From contig OX597815.1 of the NCBI GenBank assembly GCA_951406725.2, forward strand, positions 6,882,001-6,946,000: a stretch of DNA of 64,000 bases. The letters are read 5' to 3'. Positions 11,158 to 23,420 of this stretch are shown piece by piece. The translations under genes were made by a program, and so were the position numbers. Below the pieces are notes generated by a model. It ran no database searches. It was not told the origin of the DNA and saw nothing but the letters and a program-made list of their open reading frames with translations. This DNA is from Octopus vulgaris. Its lineage: Eukaryota. The stretch's first letter is position 1, and every line of letters begins with the position of its first letter.

Positions 11158-14148
11158 CAGTCAAACTTCTTGATCAAGTTATGAAGGTCACAGAGAAAGT
11201 CAGAGCCCAACTGATCCTTAATAGTGTAGACATGGATGTGATGCAGTTTGGCTTTGTCCCTGGAAGTGGCACCACAGATTCAATCTTTCTAGGGATACAA
11301 TTACAGAAATTCCTGGCTAAGAATAAACTGCTACACTGGGCTTTTGCTGGTTTGAAGAAAGTCTTTGACATTCAGTAATCTGGTGGGGATTGAAGAAACT
11401 AGGAGCAGATGAATGGTTTGTGCAGATGGTTCAAACCACGTACAAGGATGCGACAAGTGAGGGTTGGCAATGACTTGAGGGATGAATTCAGTATGAACAT
11501 AGGGAGTACTTCAAGGTTCTCTCCTCAGTCCCCTCTTATTCATTGGTCCTAAAAAGCCATCACAGAGGAGTTTAAAACAGACTGTCCATGGGAACGACTA
11601 TACGATGATGATGCTCTCGTTCTCATAGCTAAATCACTAAGGGAAATTGAGAAGAAACTCCAGACATGGAAACTAAAACTGGAATCGAGAGGTCTTAAGG
11701 TAAAGATGAAGGTTTTAGTAAGACCTTGGTAATTTTAGAGGAATGGCCCTGTTTGATAAACGAAAAAAGAGTAGGTATAAACTCCATACACTTATTTCTT
11801 TATTGCCCACAAAGGGCTAAACATAGAGGGGACAAACAAGGACAGACAAAGGGATTAAGTTGATTTCATCGACCCTGAAAGGATGAAAGGCAAAGTTGGC
11901 CTCGATGGAATTTGAACTCACAACGTAAAGACAGATGAAATACCTATTTCTTTACTGCCCACAAGGGGCTAAACACAGAGAAGACAAACAAGGACAGACA
12001 AACGGATTAAGTCGAGTGCGTAACTGGTACTTATTTAATCGACCACGAAAGGATGAAAGGCAAAGTCGACCTCGGCGGAATTTGAACTCAGAACGTAAAG
12101 GTGGATGAAATACCACTAAGCATTTCACCCGGCGTGCTAACGTTTACTCCGTACAATGTACTTGATGTAAGCTATGGATACACAAGAGATGTAGAACAAG
12201 CACTGGCTGATTATCTGAAAATATAAGCTTCATATGTGGTAGCAGCACTGGAGCAGTTCATACAAGCATCCAGAAATTGAGTCTCTTAAATGCCCAGATC
12301 ATTCATTAGAAGAAGTTGTTAGCTTTTGTTACTGAGATGTAATTAGCAAGGGAAGTGGTGTCTCTGGAAGTATTGTAGGCACAGTGAGAACTGATTGGAG
12401 AGAGTTCAGGGAGCTACAATCCCTACTGATAACAAAAATGAAGATCTTTCCTGTAAGAGTGAAGGGCAGACTGGGTGATGCTTGTGTCAGAACTGCAGTG
12501 CTGCATGGTGGTGAGACATGGGCCTTAAATGCAGATGGCTTGAAAGAAATGAAGTGAGCATGCTCTACAGAATGTGCAATATGAGTGTGCATGAAGGAGT
12601 TGGTAGAAAGGGCATCGGAGGAATGAAATGTGTGAAAGAAAGAAGACTGCACTGGTATGGACACACGATGTGTATGGATGAGGATAGCTGTACAAAGTGG
12701 TGGTGGTCACTAAATGTGGCTGGAACTTGCAAAAAAAGGGATGGGACAAAGTGGTTAAGGCTGACCTTAGGACTCTGAGCTTGATGGAGATGACAAAGGA
12801 CTGGTATCTCTGATGATATGAAGGGTGGCATGCATGGGCGACTGCTGGTCTTTCGTAAACAACCTTGCCCAGATTTGTGCCTTGGAGGGGAACTTTCTAG
12901 GTGCAATCCCATGGCCATTCATGACCAAAGGGGGTCTACAAATCCCTTCAGGTAGATGGCCCTGCTCAATCTGTAGAAAAGGTGTAAATAGAAACACCAT
13001 AAGATCCACCCAGTGTAAGCTTTGGACATAAAAAGTGCAGCAACACCAGAGGAAGGTTATCGGGGAAACTTTTGTACGTGGAAGGTGCACAGGTACAATA
13101 AACACTGAAAATACACAGAAAATAGACTCCATCAACTACCAGTGGGGTAAGCTAGAGGTAGTAGATAGCTTCTGTTATCTTGGTGATCAAGTTAGTAGTG
13201 GAGGTGGATGCCCCAAGAGTGCAGCTGAGGATAAGATTAGGCTGGGCAAAGTTCAGAGAGCTCCTACCTCTGCTGGCAACAAAGGTCCTCTCTCTTAGAA
13301 TGAAAGGCAGATTGTTCGATGCCTGTGTGCAAACAGCTATGCTACATGACAATGAAACATGGGCTGTGACAGCTTTGAACGTGTGTAGGCTTGAGAGAAA
13401 TGAAGCCAGTGTGCTTTGCTGGATGTGCAATGTCAGTGTGCATATTTGACAGAGTGTAAGCATCCTAAGAGAAAAGTTAGACATAAGAGGCATCAGATGT
13501 GGTGTGCAAGAGAGACGACTGTGCTAGTATGGACATGTGATGTGTATGGATGAAGACAGCTGTGTAAAGAAGTGCTGATCTCTGTGGAGGGAACCTGTGG
13601 TAGAAGTAGACCCAGGAAGACATGGGTCTTCGAACTTTGAGCCTCACAGAGGCAATGACTGGTGACCGAGACTGTTGGTGATGTGCTGTGCTTGAGAGGA
13701 CCGGTCAAGCCAAGTGCACTTGTGCTGGTGGCACATAGAGAACATTTTTTGAAAGTTTGGGCCTCATGGAGGCAAAGTGGCTGAGTTCCTTTCGAGCGTT
13801 GGGCCTCACGGAGGCAATGCCCAAGACCTTTGGCATTATGTCATGCTTGGGAGGAGGACCCATCAAGCCGAGCAGAAGTGCAGTGATGGTGAATATCAGT
13901 GTTATGCAAATCAATATCCGTGCCGGTGACATGTAAACGCACCCCAGTGTCACTCAAATGGCACATAAAAGCACCCATTACACTCTTGGAGTGGTTGGTT
14001 TTAGGAAGGGCATCCAGCCATAGAAAACCAAGCCAAATCAGACTGGAGTCTGGTGCAGCCTTTCCAGCATGCCTCTCCTGGTCAAACCATCCAACCCATG
14101 CCAGCATGGACGACGGACATTAAATGATGATGATGATGATGATGATGA
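11158..14148 (+). mobile_element. Degenerate RTE-clade LINE remnants (RT domain, C-terminus, 3' UTR with (GAT)n tail); at least two copies plus nested SINEs
   Basis: KLLDQVMKVTE..QFGFVPG.GTTD, LYDDD (YADD-like), RLGWAKFRELLPLL..CVQTAMLH..ETW motifs with stops and frameshifts. Confidence 0.85.
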
Positions 14149-14264
14149 TGGGTACAAGTGACAAGCGTGCACAGAACCCAGAACCGTGCAGTTTGTAAGC
14201 AAACTTCGTAACACACCATCAAGCACAAACACAACAAAGTTCCACAAACAATGGCATTTCCTAC

Positions 14265-14479
14265 CATGTCAATTGACAGAATTCTCTTTGGAGTTGAGCA
14301 AACAGGTCTTGGAGGTTATTACAGTTCAGCAAAGAAGAACTTGTACAGTCTGTCGAAGCGGTACCAGTAATTAGTCTTTTGTTTGCCGAAGAGTCGAGAT
14401 GCTGACATTTGCTGTGTGGTTTCGTTAAAGTGAAAACGTCCTGCATGTTAACGTCGGCGCCATCTTGATGGGTTAACGA
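14265..14479 (-). CDS. CEP57: CEP57-like exon, linker plus start of MT-binding domain (SLTHQDG...NNLQDLFAQLQREFCQLT-W)
   Basis: tctttctctttccAG acceptor, GTAGGA donor, phase 0->2, matching the next exon; NLQDLFAQLQREF resembles ELSEVLQTLQDEF of CEP57. Confidence 0.85.
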
Positions 14480-14694
14480 CTGGAAAGAGAAAGACAACGG
14501 AGTTATCCTTTATTTTTTATTTGTTGCAGTCATTAGACTGCGGCCAAGCTGGGGCACCACCTCGGAGAATGATTGGTCAAACAGATCTACCACCACCCGC
14601 AAGACTTATTGTCTATAAAAGCATGCACATACATCTCTCTCTCTCCCTCAATATATATATGTATATACACACACACACACATATATATATATTT

Positions 14695-15274
14695 CTATAT
14701 TTAAGAGATGAGGAATTATTTACATTATTTACATTTGACAGATATTTGTCTTCATCTTTGTTGTTAACACGTTTCAGCTGATGTACCCTCCAGCCTTCAG
14801 TCAGGTGTCTTGGGGAAATTTCGAACCAGGTATTGTTCACTGTTATTATTATTATTATTACTACTACTATTATTATTATTATTCGTGGCATGTAAAAAGC
14901 ACCATCCGATCGTGGCCGTTTGCCAGCCTCATCTGGCACCTATGCCGGTGGCACGTAAAAAGCACCCACTACACTCACGGAGTGGTTGGCGTTAGGAAGG
15001 GCATCCAGCCGTAGAAACATTGCCAGATAAGACTGGAGCCTGGTGCAGCCTTCTGGCTTCCCAGATCCCCGGTCGAACCGTCCAACCCATGCTAGCATGG
15101 AAAGCGGACGTTAAACGATGATGATGATGATGTCACTGCCTGGAATCAAACTCGGAATATTGGAGTTAGTAGCCTGCACTTTTAACCACTACACTGAGGG
15201 GTACATCAGTCGAAATGTTGTGTTAACAACAACCAAGATGAGGACAAATATCTGTCAAATGTAAACAATGTAAA
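14695..15274 (-). mobile_element. tRNA/hammerhead element, copy 3 (minus, RTE tail nested, inverted tail fragment at 15195-15274)
   Basis: HHR remnant at 14766-14809 (minus), head at 15132-15194 (minus). Confidence 0.75.
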
Positions 15275-16229
15275 ATAATATATATACAATGGGCTTCTTT
15301 CAGTTTCCATCCACCAAATCTACTCACAAGGCTTTAGTGGGCCTGAGGCTATTGTAGAAGACACTTGCCCAAGGTGCCACACAGTAGGACTGAACCCGGA
15401 ACTATGTGTTTGAGAAGCATGCTTCTTACCAAACAGCCCTACATGTGCCTATAATTGTGGACAGTACTGAAAAAATTTAATTAGAAAGATTAAAATTTGA
15501 AAATTAAATATAAAAGTAATTAACAAACAAATGAACTCAGCAGAAAAATTTAACCACCATCACCACCACTGCTGGCCCCACCACGACCAAAATTGTTTGA
15601 ATCATCATCATCAGCATTTAATGTCTGTTTTTCATGCTAGCACGGGTTGGACGGTTTGACCAGAGTCTGGGAAGCCAGATGGCTGCACCAGGCTCCAGTC
15701 TGATCTGGCAGTGTTTCTACAGCTGGATGCCCTTCCTAATACCAACCACTCTGTGAGTGTAGTGGGTGTTTTTTACGTGCCACCAGCAGAGGGGCCAGGG
15801 GAGGCTGGCAGCAGACATGATCGGTTGGTGCTTTTTACATGCCACCGGCACGGAAACCAGTCAAGGCGGCGCTGGCATCGGCCACGTTCAGATGGTGCAT
15901 TTTATGTGCCACCGGCACAGGGATCACAACTACAATTTTCATTTGATATTTATGTTGATGTTGATGAATAAGTTTGTATTTTGTGGGGGGAATGGAAAAA
16001 TTGGCATTTTGAGGACTGTCCCTTTAGTCTGAGAGAGAGGGAAAGAGAGAGGGAGTGAGTACAATAATCTCAGATTGAAAAGTCATCCCTAAAATATCAA
16101 ACCCCTCTCCTGGTTACATCAAACAAACTTCTCTAAGTTCGCGACCATGTTGAAACGTCCTCATTATCTTCAGCTACCATAACAGTCTCCGCATAAACTC
16201 TAACTTTGAAATAAAGTTTACTCACTTAC

Positions 16230-16304
16230 TTTTAAGGCCGTCTCTAATCTTTCCATTTGTTTTTTCTCTATTGCCAGGGCTTCTTCCAAAAGCTTAATCC
16301 GTTG
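16230..16304 (-). CDS. CEP57: CEP57-like exon, end of centrosome-localisation coiled coil (QRIKLLEEALAIEKKQMERLETALK)
   Basis: ttttctctttctctAG acceptor, GTAAGT donor, 75 nt, phase 0->0; resembles KIKHLEEKL..E..QRK..Q.GLE. Confidence 0.85.
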
Positions 16305-17089
16305 CTAGAGAAAGAGAAAAAATTTTAAACTTCATATAACAGAAAATTACCAATTTTTAAATCTCACAACGAAAGATATTCAGCAACAATACTTTGGAGT
16401 AAAGATTGTTTGCCAACATAACATGGCAGTCCTGGTTTAATTTAGCCCCAGGAGACATCATGTCCAGTTAGCTATACAACACGATCCGTGTCCCTATATT
16501 TTCGAACAAGGGAATCTAGCACCCCAACTCAGCTCAAAACAATATCTGTGTATCGCGATTTCTGTTGTATAGCCAGCTGGAGATGATGTCTCCTGGGGCT
16601 AAATGACAGCAACAATAGTCCTAAACCAGGACTGCCATGTTATGTTGGCAAACAATCTTTACTTCATAAAACAGCATAAAATTCAAGGTTGATATTTACT
16701 CTCTCATTGTTCATCATCATCATCATTTATCGTCCATTGTCCATGCTGGCATGGGTTGGACAGTTTGACCAAGGCTGGCATGCTGGAAGGCTGCACAAGA
16801 CTCCAGTCTGATTTGGCATGGTTCCTATTGCTGGATGCCTTTCCTAACGCCGACCACTCCGAGAGTGTAACAGGTGCTTTTAACGTGTCACTGGCACAGG
16901 TGCCATTTGCATGACACCGGTATCTGCCATGGCTGCAATTTTACATGGCTTGATGGGTCTTCTCAAGCATGACACAATGCCAAAGGTCTCGGCCACTGCC
17001 TCTGTGAGGCCCAAGATACAGAAAATAAGAAATGGTTGTTTGAATCAAACAATGTGCATTCTATGTAAATGTGTCTGTAAAATGCATTC

Positions 17090-17800
17090 TTGAAAGTTGA
17101 GAACATCAGAACGCCCTGAGAGAAAAGTTGGGCATAAGAAGCATCAAATGTGGTGTGCAAGAGAGACGACTGCGCTAGTATGGTCATGTTCTACATATTG
17201 ATGAAGACAGTTGTGTGAGGAAGTGCCACACCCTAACTGTGGAAGGAACCTGTGGAAGAGGTGGACCCAGGAAGACATGGGATGATGTGGTGAAGCATAA
17301 ACTTCAAACATTGGGCCTCGCAGAAGCAATGACAGGAGACTGAGACCTTTGGAGATATGCTGTGATTGAGAAGATCCGGAAACTAAAGTGAGATTGCAGC
17401 CAAGTATATCCAACCCAATTAAGTGTACCCCTGTACAATATCAGAGCTGTGGCTACTGCCTCTTCACTGGTTCCCATGCTGTAGCACATAAAAAGCACCA
17501 TCTGAACATGGTTGATGCCATGCCCACATGACTGGCTTCTGTGCTGGTGGCACATAAAAAGCACCAACCAAACGTGGCCAATGCCAATATTGGCTGACTG
17601 GCCCTGCAGTGCCAGAGGCATGTACAAAGCACCATGCAGTGCCGGAGGCATGTACAAAGCGTGGTCATTGCTAATCCCATCTAACTGGCTCCCGTACTGG
17701 TGGCACGTTAAAGTACCCACTGTAGTCTCAGAGTGGTTGGCATTAGGAAGGGCATCCAGCCATAGAAACATTACCAGGTCAGGTTGGAGCCTGGTGCAGA
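17090..17800 (+). mobile_element. RTE LINE 3' end with 3' UTR tandem repeats
   Basis: LREKLGIRSIKCGVQERRLR*YGHV..GRGGPRKTW frame followed by GGTGGCACRTAAAAAGCACC repeats. Confidence 0.8.
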
Positions 17801-17978
17801 AAGTATACAACCCTAGTGTTGATCTGCTAGAAAAAGCAGTCCAGTCTCTCTTAAACTACACCCTACCACAGTAATCCCTCACCATATCGCAATTCATCTA
17901 TCGCGGTTTATTATTTAAGCTTACGTTGATACCTTCGTGGTGTTGTTTTGCATTTATAATAAAATAAATATATACACA

Positions 17979-18318
17979 TCTTTATATATAAAAGTAAGGT
18001 TGTGTGTCTGTCTCCTACGATTTAGATTCCTAACTACTCCCACATTTTGTGGGTATTAGCGTGCGTCTACGATGAGTCTACGATTTAAAAAAAATTTACC
18101 ATCATTTTTTTCCATTTTAATGCATTTTTTCGCTATTATATAAGGGAAGTAACTCTCTAAAAATGTCTATGATGAGTCAACGATTTAAAAAAAAATTTAC
18201 CATAATTTTTTTCCCATTTTTAATGCATTTCTTTGCTATTTTTTGGCTATAACTCTCTAAAAATGCTTATATAGTTATTTCCCTTACAAACCCAAGCAAC
18301 GCCGGGCGATACTGCTAG
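17979..18318 (+). mobile_element. Non-autonomous Helitron
   Basis: A|TC start, subterminal CCC..GCAACGCCGGG hairpin, CTAG|T end, no TSD; lies 48 bp from the donor of exon 18367. Confidence 0.75.
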
Positions 18319-18366
18319 TTATTAAAATAAAAAAATATACAGTACTGAAATTAATGGAATACTTAC

Positions 18367-18614
18367 TTCAGCCACATTTTGAATAATCGACAGTTGTAAT
18401 ATTTCTCGTTCAAGTCCTGTAATTTGGTCCAGAGATAATTGATGCGTTGAGGATTGATGAAGTGTTAAAGTTTTACTGCTCTTTTGATTTTCCAGCTCTT
18501 TCTGTAGGTTTACCTTGTTTTGCTCTGCCTTCAAAGCCAATTGCCTCAGCTGTTCTAAGTTTTTCTTCAGCAAAATACACCTTGATTTAATTCTGGCTAT
18601 TGATGCTATTACAT
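18367..18614 (-). CDS. CEP57: CEP57-like exon, core of Cep57_CLD ((D)VIASIARIKSRCILLKKNLEQLRQLALKAE...LEREILQLSIIQNVAE)
   Basis: AG/GTAAGT boundaries, phase 1->0; matches CEP57 'AAENKCNLLEKQLEYMRNM...LEQEY.KLT.MQ.LAE'. Confidence 0.9.
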
Positions 18615-19385
18615 CTGGATGAAGAGAATAATTTCGAGTATATAATATATACATACTTCATTCAAAATTTTTATGTACGTTTTTCCATGTTAACATAGTT
18701 TAGACAAAAATGAGGTTTGTTTTATAGTCAGATGTCCTTCCAGTTGCTAACTGTTCCTTGTTTTCCAAGCAAGGGATCTCATATGTTAGAAGTTATTGAG
18801 GCAGCAAAACTGGCTGATGGTTCATTGATAGGCAATGGCAACAAACACAGACATACATGCTGTATAGTGAAACAGTACACCCCTCCTGGTAGAAAATGGT
18901 TGTAACCAGCTATTATAAATAGACCAGTAAAGGTCGAGAGTACGTGTCAACTGTGTTGATAGTAGTGTCTGTGTTGATATAGTAATTATCCTGTGATACT
19001 GAGTGGACATTATAACGAACCAATATTTTTGAGGATAATAACACTCCATGACTGGGGGGTCGTACAGTGCCAGATAGAACCATTCTATCGACAACTTTGG
19101 AATATAACAATATCTGTCAGAGCAAAAACCGTCATCAAAAGACAGATACACAAAGTGGCAAAAGACTGCTTTACAATAATACATATATGCACACCTGCAC
19201 AATCACACATAACCAGCTTCTTTCAGTTTTCATCTTCCAAATACACTCAAGGGTTTGATCAGCCCAGGGCCATACTAGAAGACCAAGGTGCCAGCCAGTG
19301 GGACTGAACCTAAAACCACATGGATTGGGAATTGAACATTTTAAAAACACAGCTCACGATGAATATCAACATGCTACTATTTTAC

Positions 19386-19562
19386 CTTGAGGATGAGTCC
19401 ATCTTTCAGCTGTTGTTTCATTCCTTGAACTCCTTTGTGAATGATTTTTGTGATCATCTGTCTCAGTAGAGATGGACTGTGTGGTATGAGTTACAGCTTG
19501 GCCAGGTCCAGATTCCAAAATATCAACATGCTGCTTATATGTTTTTAGGCCATTCATTAAAG
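19386..19562 (-). CDS. CEP57: Module 1, exon C1 ((A)LMNGLKTYKQHVDILESGPGQAV...NETTAERWTHPQ)
   Basis: ctttccAG / GTAAAA, phase 1->1; homologous to the CLD start 'AI.SALKNLQ.KI.RLELER.QA'. Confidence 0.85.
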
Positions 19563-19890
19563 CTGGAAAGAAATCAACAAAATATACGTTTGAATATAAT
19601 ATAACCTTTTCTACTCTAGGCACAAGGCCCAAAAGTTTGGGGGAGGGGGGGGGCAATCGATTAGATCGATCCCAGTATGCAACTGGTACTTAATTTATTG
19701 ACCCTGATGAGAGGATAAAAGGCACCATCGTGGAATTTGAACTCAGAACATAGATGTAGATATATATTTAGTCTGTTTCAATATTGTATGTATATTGTAT
19801 ATTATATAAGTTTATCCCAAAGTGTTACCAGAAGAAATGAAAATAAAACATACAGACGCCTGTCAAAGTAAATATGTAGGTTTATATTAA

Positions 19891-20116
19891 CCCATTTGTG
19901 TTGAAATTGCCTGAAAATTCACAGAAACTATTATTTTGACCTAAATAACTGGAAAAAAATTTCTATTGAAATCCGTTTGATACAGATTGCATACGTGTTA
20001 AGAACCTGTTTCATTCTTTGGTACAGATCATACACAAATCACAATTTGTATCAAGTATTTGTTTTATACCCTTACAAATTAAGGGTCAGTTTGAACAGAC
20101 AATCAGCATGAATGGG
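19891..20116. mobile_element. piggyBac-type MITE (partial second copy at about 40484-40583)
   Basis: TTAA|CCCAT ... ATGGG|TTAA. Confidence 0.75.
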
Positions 20117-20148
20117 TTAAAGTAATACAAAGATAGAGAATGGTTTAC

Positions 20149-20314
20149 CTTCTATGTTTGTTTCTGAAAAAGTGTAGACTGGTTTATCAGAAGTCTGATG
20201 ATCATCGTTGATTGAAGGCTTTGTTGTTGGAAGTTTCTTGTAAGAACCAGTGCTGATATCAAAAATCTGATCTGAGTGTGGTCTGGCATCACAACAGCTG
20301 GGAGGACTAAATAC
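20149..20314 (-). CDS. CEP57: Module 1, exon B1 (VFSPPSCCDA...STGSYKKLPTTKPSINDDHQTSDKPVYTFSETNIE)
   Basis: tctttggtacAG / GTAAAC, phase 0->1; resembles CEP57 N-terminal 'KPFLNSDLRRSPSKPTLAYPESN'. Confidence 0.85.
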
Positions 20315-20989
20315 CTGTACCAAAGAAAACAGACTCATGTAACACAACGAAAACTGCACTGGAAAAATTAGCCTTCCTTTCCTACTTGCTTGGTCACATT
20401 TCGCTGAATGAAGGGAAAGCAACACAGAGCTGTGAGGACATTCTTCTGTCCTGCAAGGTACAAGGCAACCTCACTCATGTTGGTGCCGCAGTAAAATGTA
20501 CAGAGTACAATTTCTAAAGCAGCTGACAGATTACATTGTTGAGCAGACTCTTTTAGTCTTCTTAGGGGATGACTATGTCTGTTGGGGCCATAATAAAATG
20601 CACCCAGTACACTGTATAAAAAGTCTGGTATAAAGAAGAGGTTCCAGTGTAGAATTTATGCCAAAATAAAATGTACAGAGCAAGATATATCTTTTGCACA
20701 ATTTGTACCAAGTAATTCCATAATGAAGTTGAAACAAACCTGAAAACACTTGGTCTACTACTACTATCACCACCACTGTCGCCATGACTACTAGCACTCC
20801 TAATCCTTAAATTGTCCCCATTTATGTCTAGGAGGACAACTGCTCCTAATAAGAATTTATTTGGATTGCAATGGTCTAACACAACCCAGCATGAAAAACT
20901 GTCATAAAATGATGACATGACAACTTTGTTTTTGCTTATATATATATTAGTTGGAAAAAGATTAGAGATCTATACAAATCGAATTTGTA

Positions 20990-21392
20990 TATATAAAGGA
21001 TGGAGGTGGAAATAGCACAGAAGTAAATCTAAGACATTTCAATTTAAGAAGGAATTTAATAAAAATGATTTTAAAAATTATATAAAGAAGATATTACTGG
21101 TTTCAATGAATTTCATCAGTAAAAATTTATAAAAATTTGAAGTAAAAACAGTTTATCTTCTGTCTATGGATCAAGAACATGTCTGGGGGGTCAAGAACAT
21201 CTTGATCCCCAGACAGACGATAAACTGTTTTTACTTCAAATTTTTATAAGTTTTTACTGATATTTGAAAAGATGAGATTCATCAAAACTGGTAATATCTT
21301 CTTTATATAATTTTAAAAATCATTTTTATTAAATTCCTTCTTAAATTCTTGGACTTATTTCTGTGCTATTTCCACCTCCATCCTTTATATAT
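20990..21392. repeat. Foldback element, about 185-bp arms (representative of about 10)
   Basis: Arms are mutual reverse complements. Others at 633-825, 1859-2095, 2115-2305, 7117-7203, 9931-10103, 16397-16665, 33190-33350, 38145-38346, 58995-59167, 59228-59664. Confidence 0.9.
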
Positions 21393-22584
21393 ATATGCTG
21401 TGACTGCAAAGACCAGGGCTGCTTCCTGCACAAGTCCTGCATAGCCCCATGCCCATTCAAAGTACCTTGGATTCCAGAACATCCCGCTGTGCTTGAGGAG
21501 ACCTATTGAGTCAAGTACATGAACATCGAAATAAATATCAATGGAAATAGTAGTTGTGATACCTGTGCCGGTGGCACATAAAAAGCACCATCCGAGCGTG
21601 GCCAATGCCAGCGCCACCCCGACTGGCTTCTGTGCCGGTGGCACATAAAAAGCACCATCTGAACGTGGCCGATGCCAGCGCCGCCTTGACTGGATTCCGT
21701 GCCAGTGGCACGTTAAAAGCAACCACCGATTGTGGCCGATGCCAGACTCCCCTGGCACGTAAAAAGCACCCTCTACACTCACGGAGTGGTTGGCATTAGG
21801 AAGGGCATCCAGCTGTAGAAACACTGCCAGATCAGACTGGAGCATGGTGCAGCCCCTGGCTTCCCAGACCCTGGTCGAACTGTCCAACCCATGCTTGCAT
21901 GGAAAACGGACGTTAAATGATGATGATGATGATACATATATACAGCTAGATAGATGCAACCCCATGATTCTGAGTTCAGTCCCACTGTGCAGCACCTTGG
22001 GCAAGAGTCTTCTATGCTTGCCCCAGGCCAACCAATGCCTTGTGAGTAAATTTGGCAGGCAGAAATTGCGTGGTCTGTTGCACATGTCCGTCCGTGTGTG
22101 TGTGTGGGGTACATTTTTGTCTGCCCACTCTCCCCCTCACTGCTTCACATCCGGTGTTAGTTGCTGATGTTCCCTTGACGTAGAGGTTCAGCAAAAGAGA
22201 CAAACAAAATAAGGACCAAACTTAAAAAGAAAAAGAAGTATAGGAGTTGAGTTATTCAACTAAACCCTTTGAAGTGGTGCCCCAGCATGGCCACAGTCCA
22301 ATGACTGAAACATGTAAAAGAAGGTACCTTTTATCCTTTACTTTATCACCACCATCACCATCAAAAACATCATCATCGCTTAACGCCTGCCTTCCATGCT
22401 GGCATGGGTGGGACAGTTTGACAAGAGCTGGCCAGGTAGAAGCCTGCACCAAACTTCTGTAACTGTTTCAGCAGGATATCCTTAGACTGTGCCCATGCTG
22501 GAGGACACAAACACACCAACTCTGGTTGTCAAATGGGGTGGGTGGGTGGACAATCACAGACACAAAGACACACATACAATTCAC

Positions 22585-23105
22585 ACACTGTGCTTGAGGA
22601 GACCTATTGAGTCAAGTACAACAAAAGATCAAATGGAAATTGCATTTGTGATACCTGTGCCGGTGGCACGTAAAAAGCACCATCCGAACATGGCCGATGC
22701 CAGCGCCACCTTGACTGGCTTCCATGCTTTTGGCACGTAAAAAGCACAAACCGATTGTGACCATTGCCAGCCTCGCATGGGATCTGTGTCGGTGGCACGT
22801 AAAAAGCACCATCCGAACGTGGCCGATGCCAGTGCCACCTTGACTGGCTTCCGTGCTGTTGGCACATAAAAAGCACGAAACGATCGTGACCGTTGCCAGC
22901 CTCGCATGGCATCTGTGCCGGTGGCACGTAAAAAGCACCCACTACACTCATGGAGTGGTTGGTATTAGGAAGGGCATCCAGCTGTAGAAACACTGCCAGA
23001 TCAGACTGGAGCCTGGTGCAGCCTCCTGGCTTCCCAGACCCCGGTCGAACCGTCCATCGCATGCTAGCATGGAAAGCGGACGCTAAACGATGATGATGAT
23101 GATGA
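22585..23105 (+). mobile_element. RTE-derived 3' tail element with about 60-bp tandem units (representative of >20 copies)
   Basis: GGTGGCACGTAAAAAGCACC units, GTTGGCGTTAGGAAGGGCATCCAGC, CATGCTAGCATG hairpin, (GAT)n tail. Others at about 100-408, 5720-6186, 21480-21933, 23930-24228, 24683-25075(-), 39440-40015, 53615-53898, 57365-57900, 63200-63737. Confidence 0.85.
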
Positions 23106-23367
23106 TATATATATATATATATGTAAATGATAGGTTTCATACGGATTCTGTCTACTGAATCCACTCACAAGGTTTTGGTGAGCCTGGGACTATAGAAGAC
23201 GCTTGCTCAAGGTGCTATGCAGTAGGACTGAACCCAAAACCATGTGGCTGAGAAGCAAACTTCTTACCACACAGCCACTGGTTTCCAAAATATAGATAAT
23301 TACATGGGTTCTAAAACAGAGACAATTCTTGTAGCACAAATCAATGTTAAATCAACAGAATACTTAC

Positions 23368-23420
23368 TTGATCAGCCTTCTGTTTAGTGGCAGTCTTTGA
23401 TGATCTTTTTTCTTCAGGTT
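23368..23420 (-). CDS. Linker exon A1 ((K)PEEKRSSKTATKQKADQ)
   Basis: cttttatattacAG / GTAAGT, phase 1->0, joins C2 to B1 in frame; paralogous to exons at 28588, 45012 and 51666. Confidence 0.75.

Noticed and set aside
21366-22085. 239-aa ORF and similar LQLDALPNANHS ORFs
   Set aside because: Antisense readings of the RTE tail and SINE repeats.
22640-22945. Repeat-spacer pattern resembling a CRISPR array
   Set aside because: Spacers recur between units and copies, there are no cas genes, the context is eukaryotic, and the array is attached to RTE LINE 3' ends.
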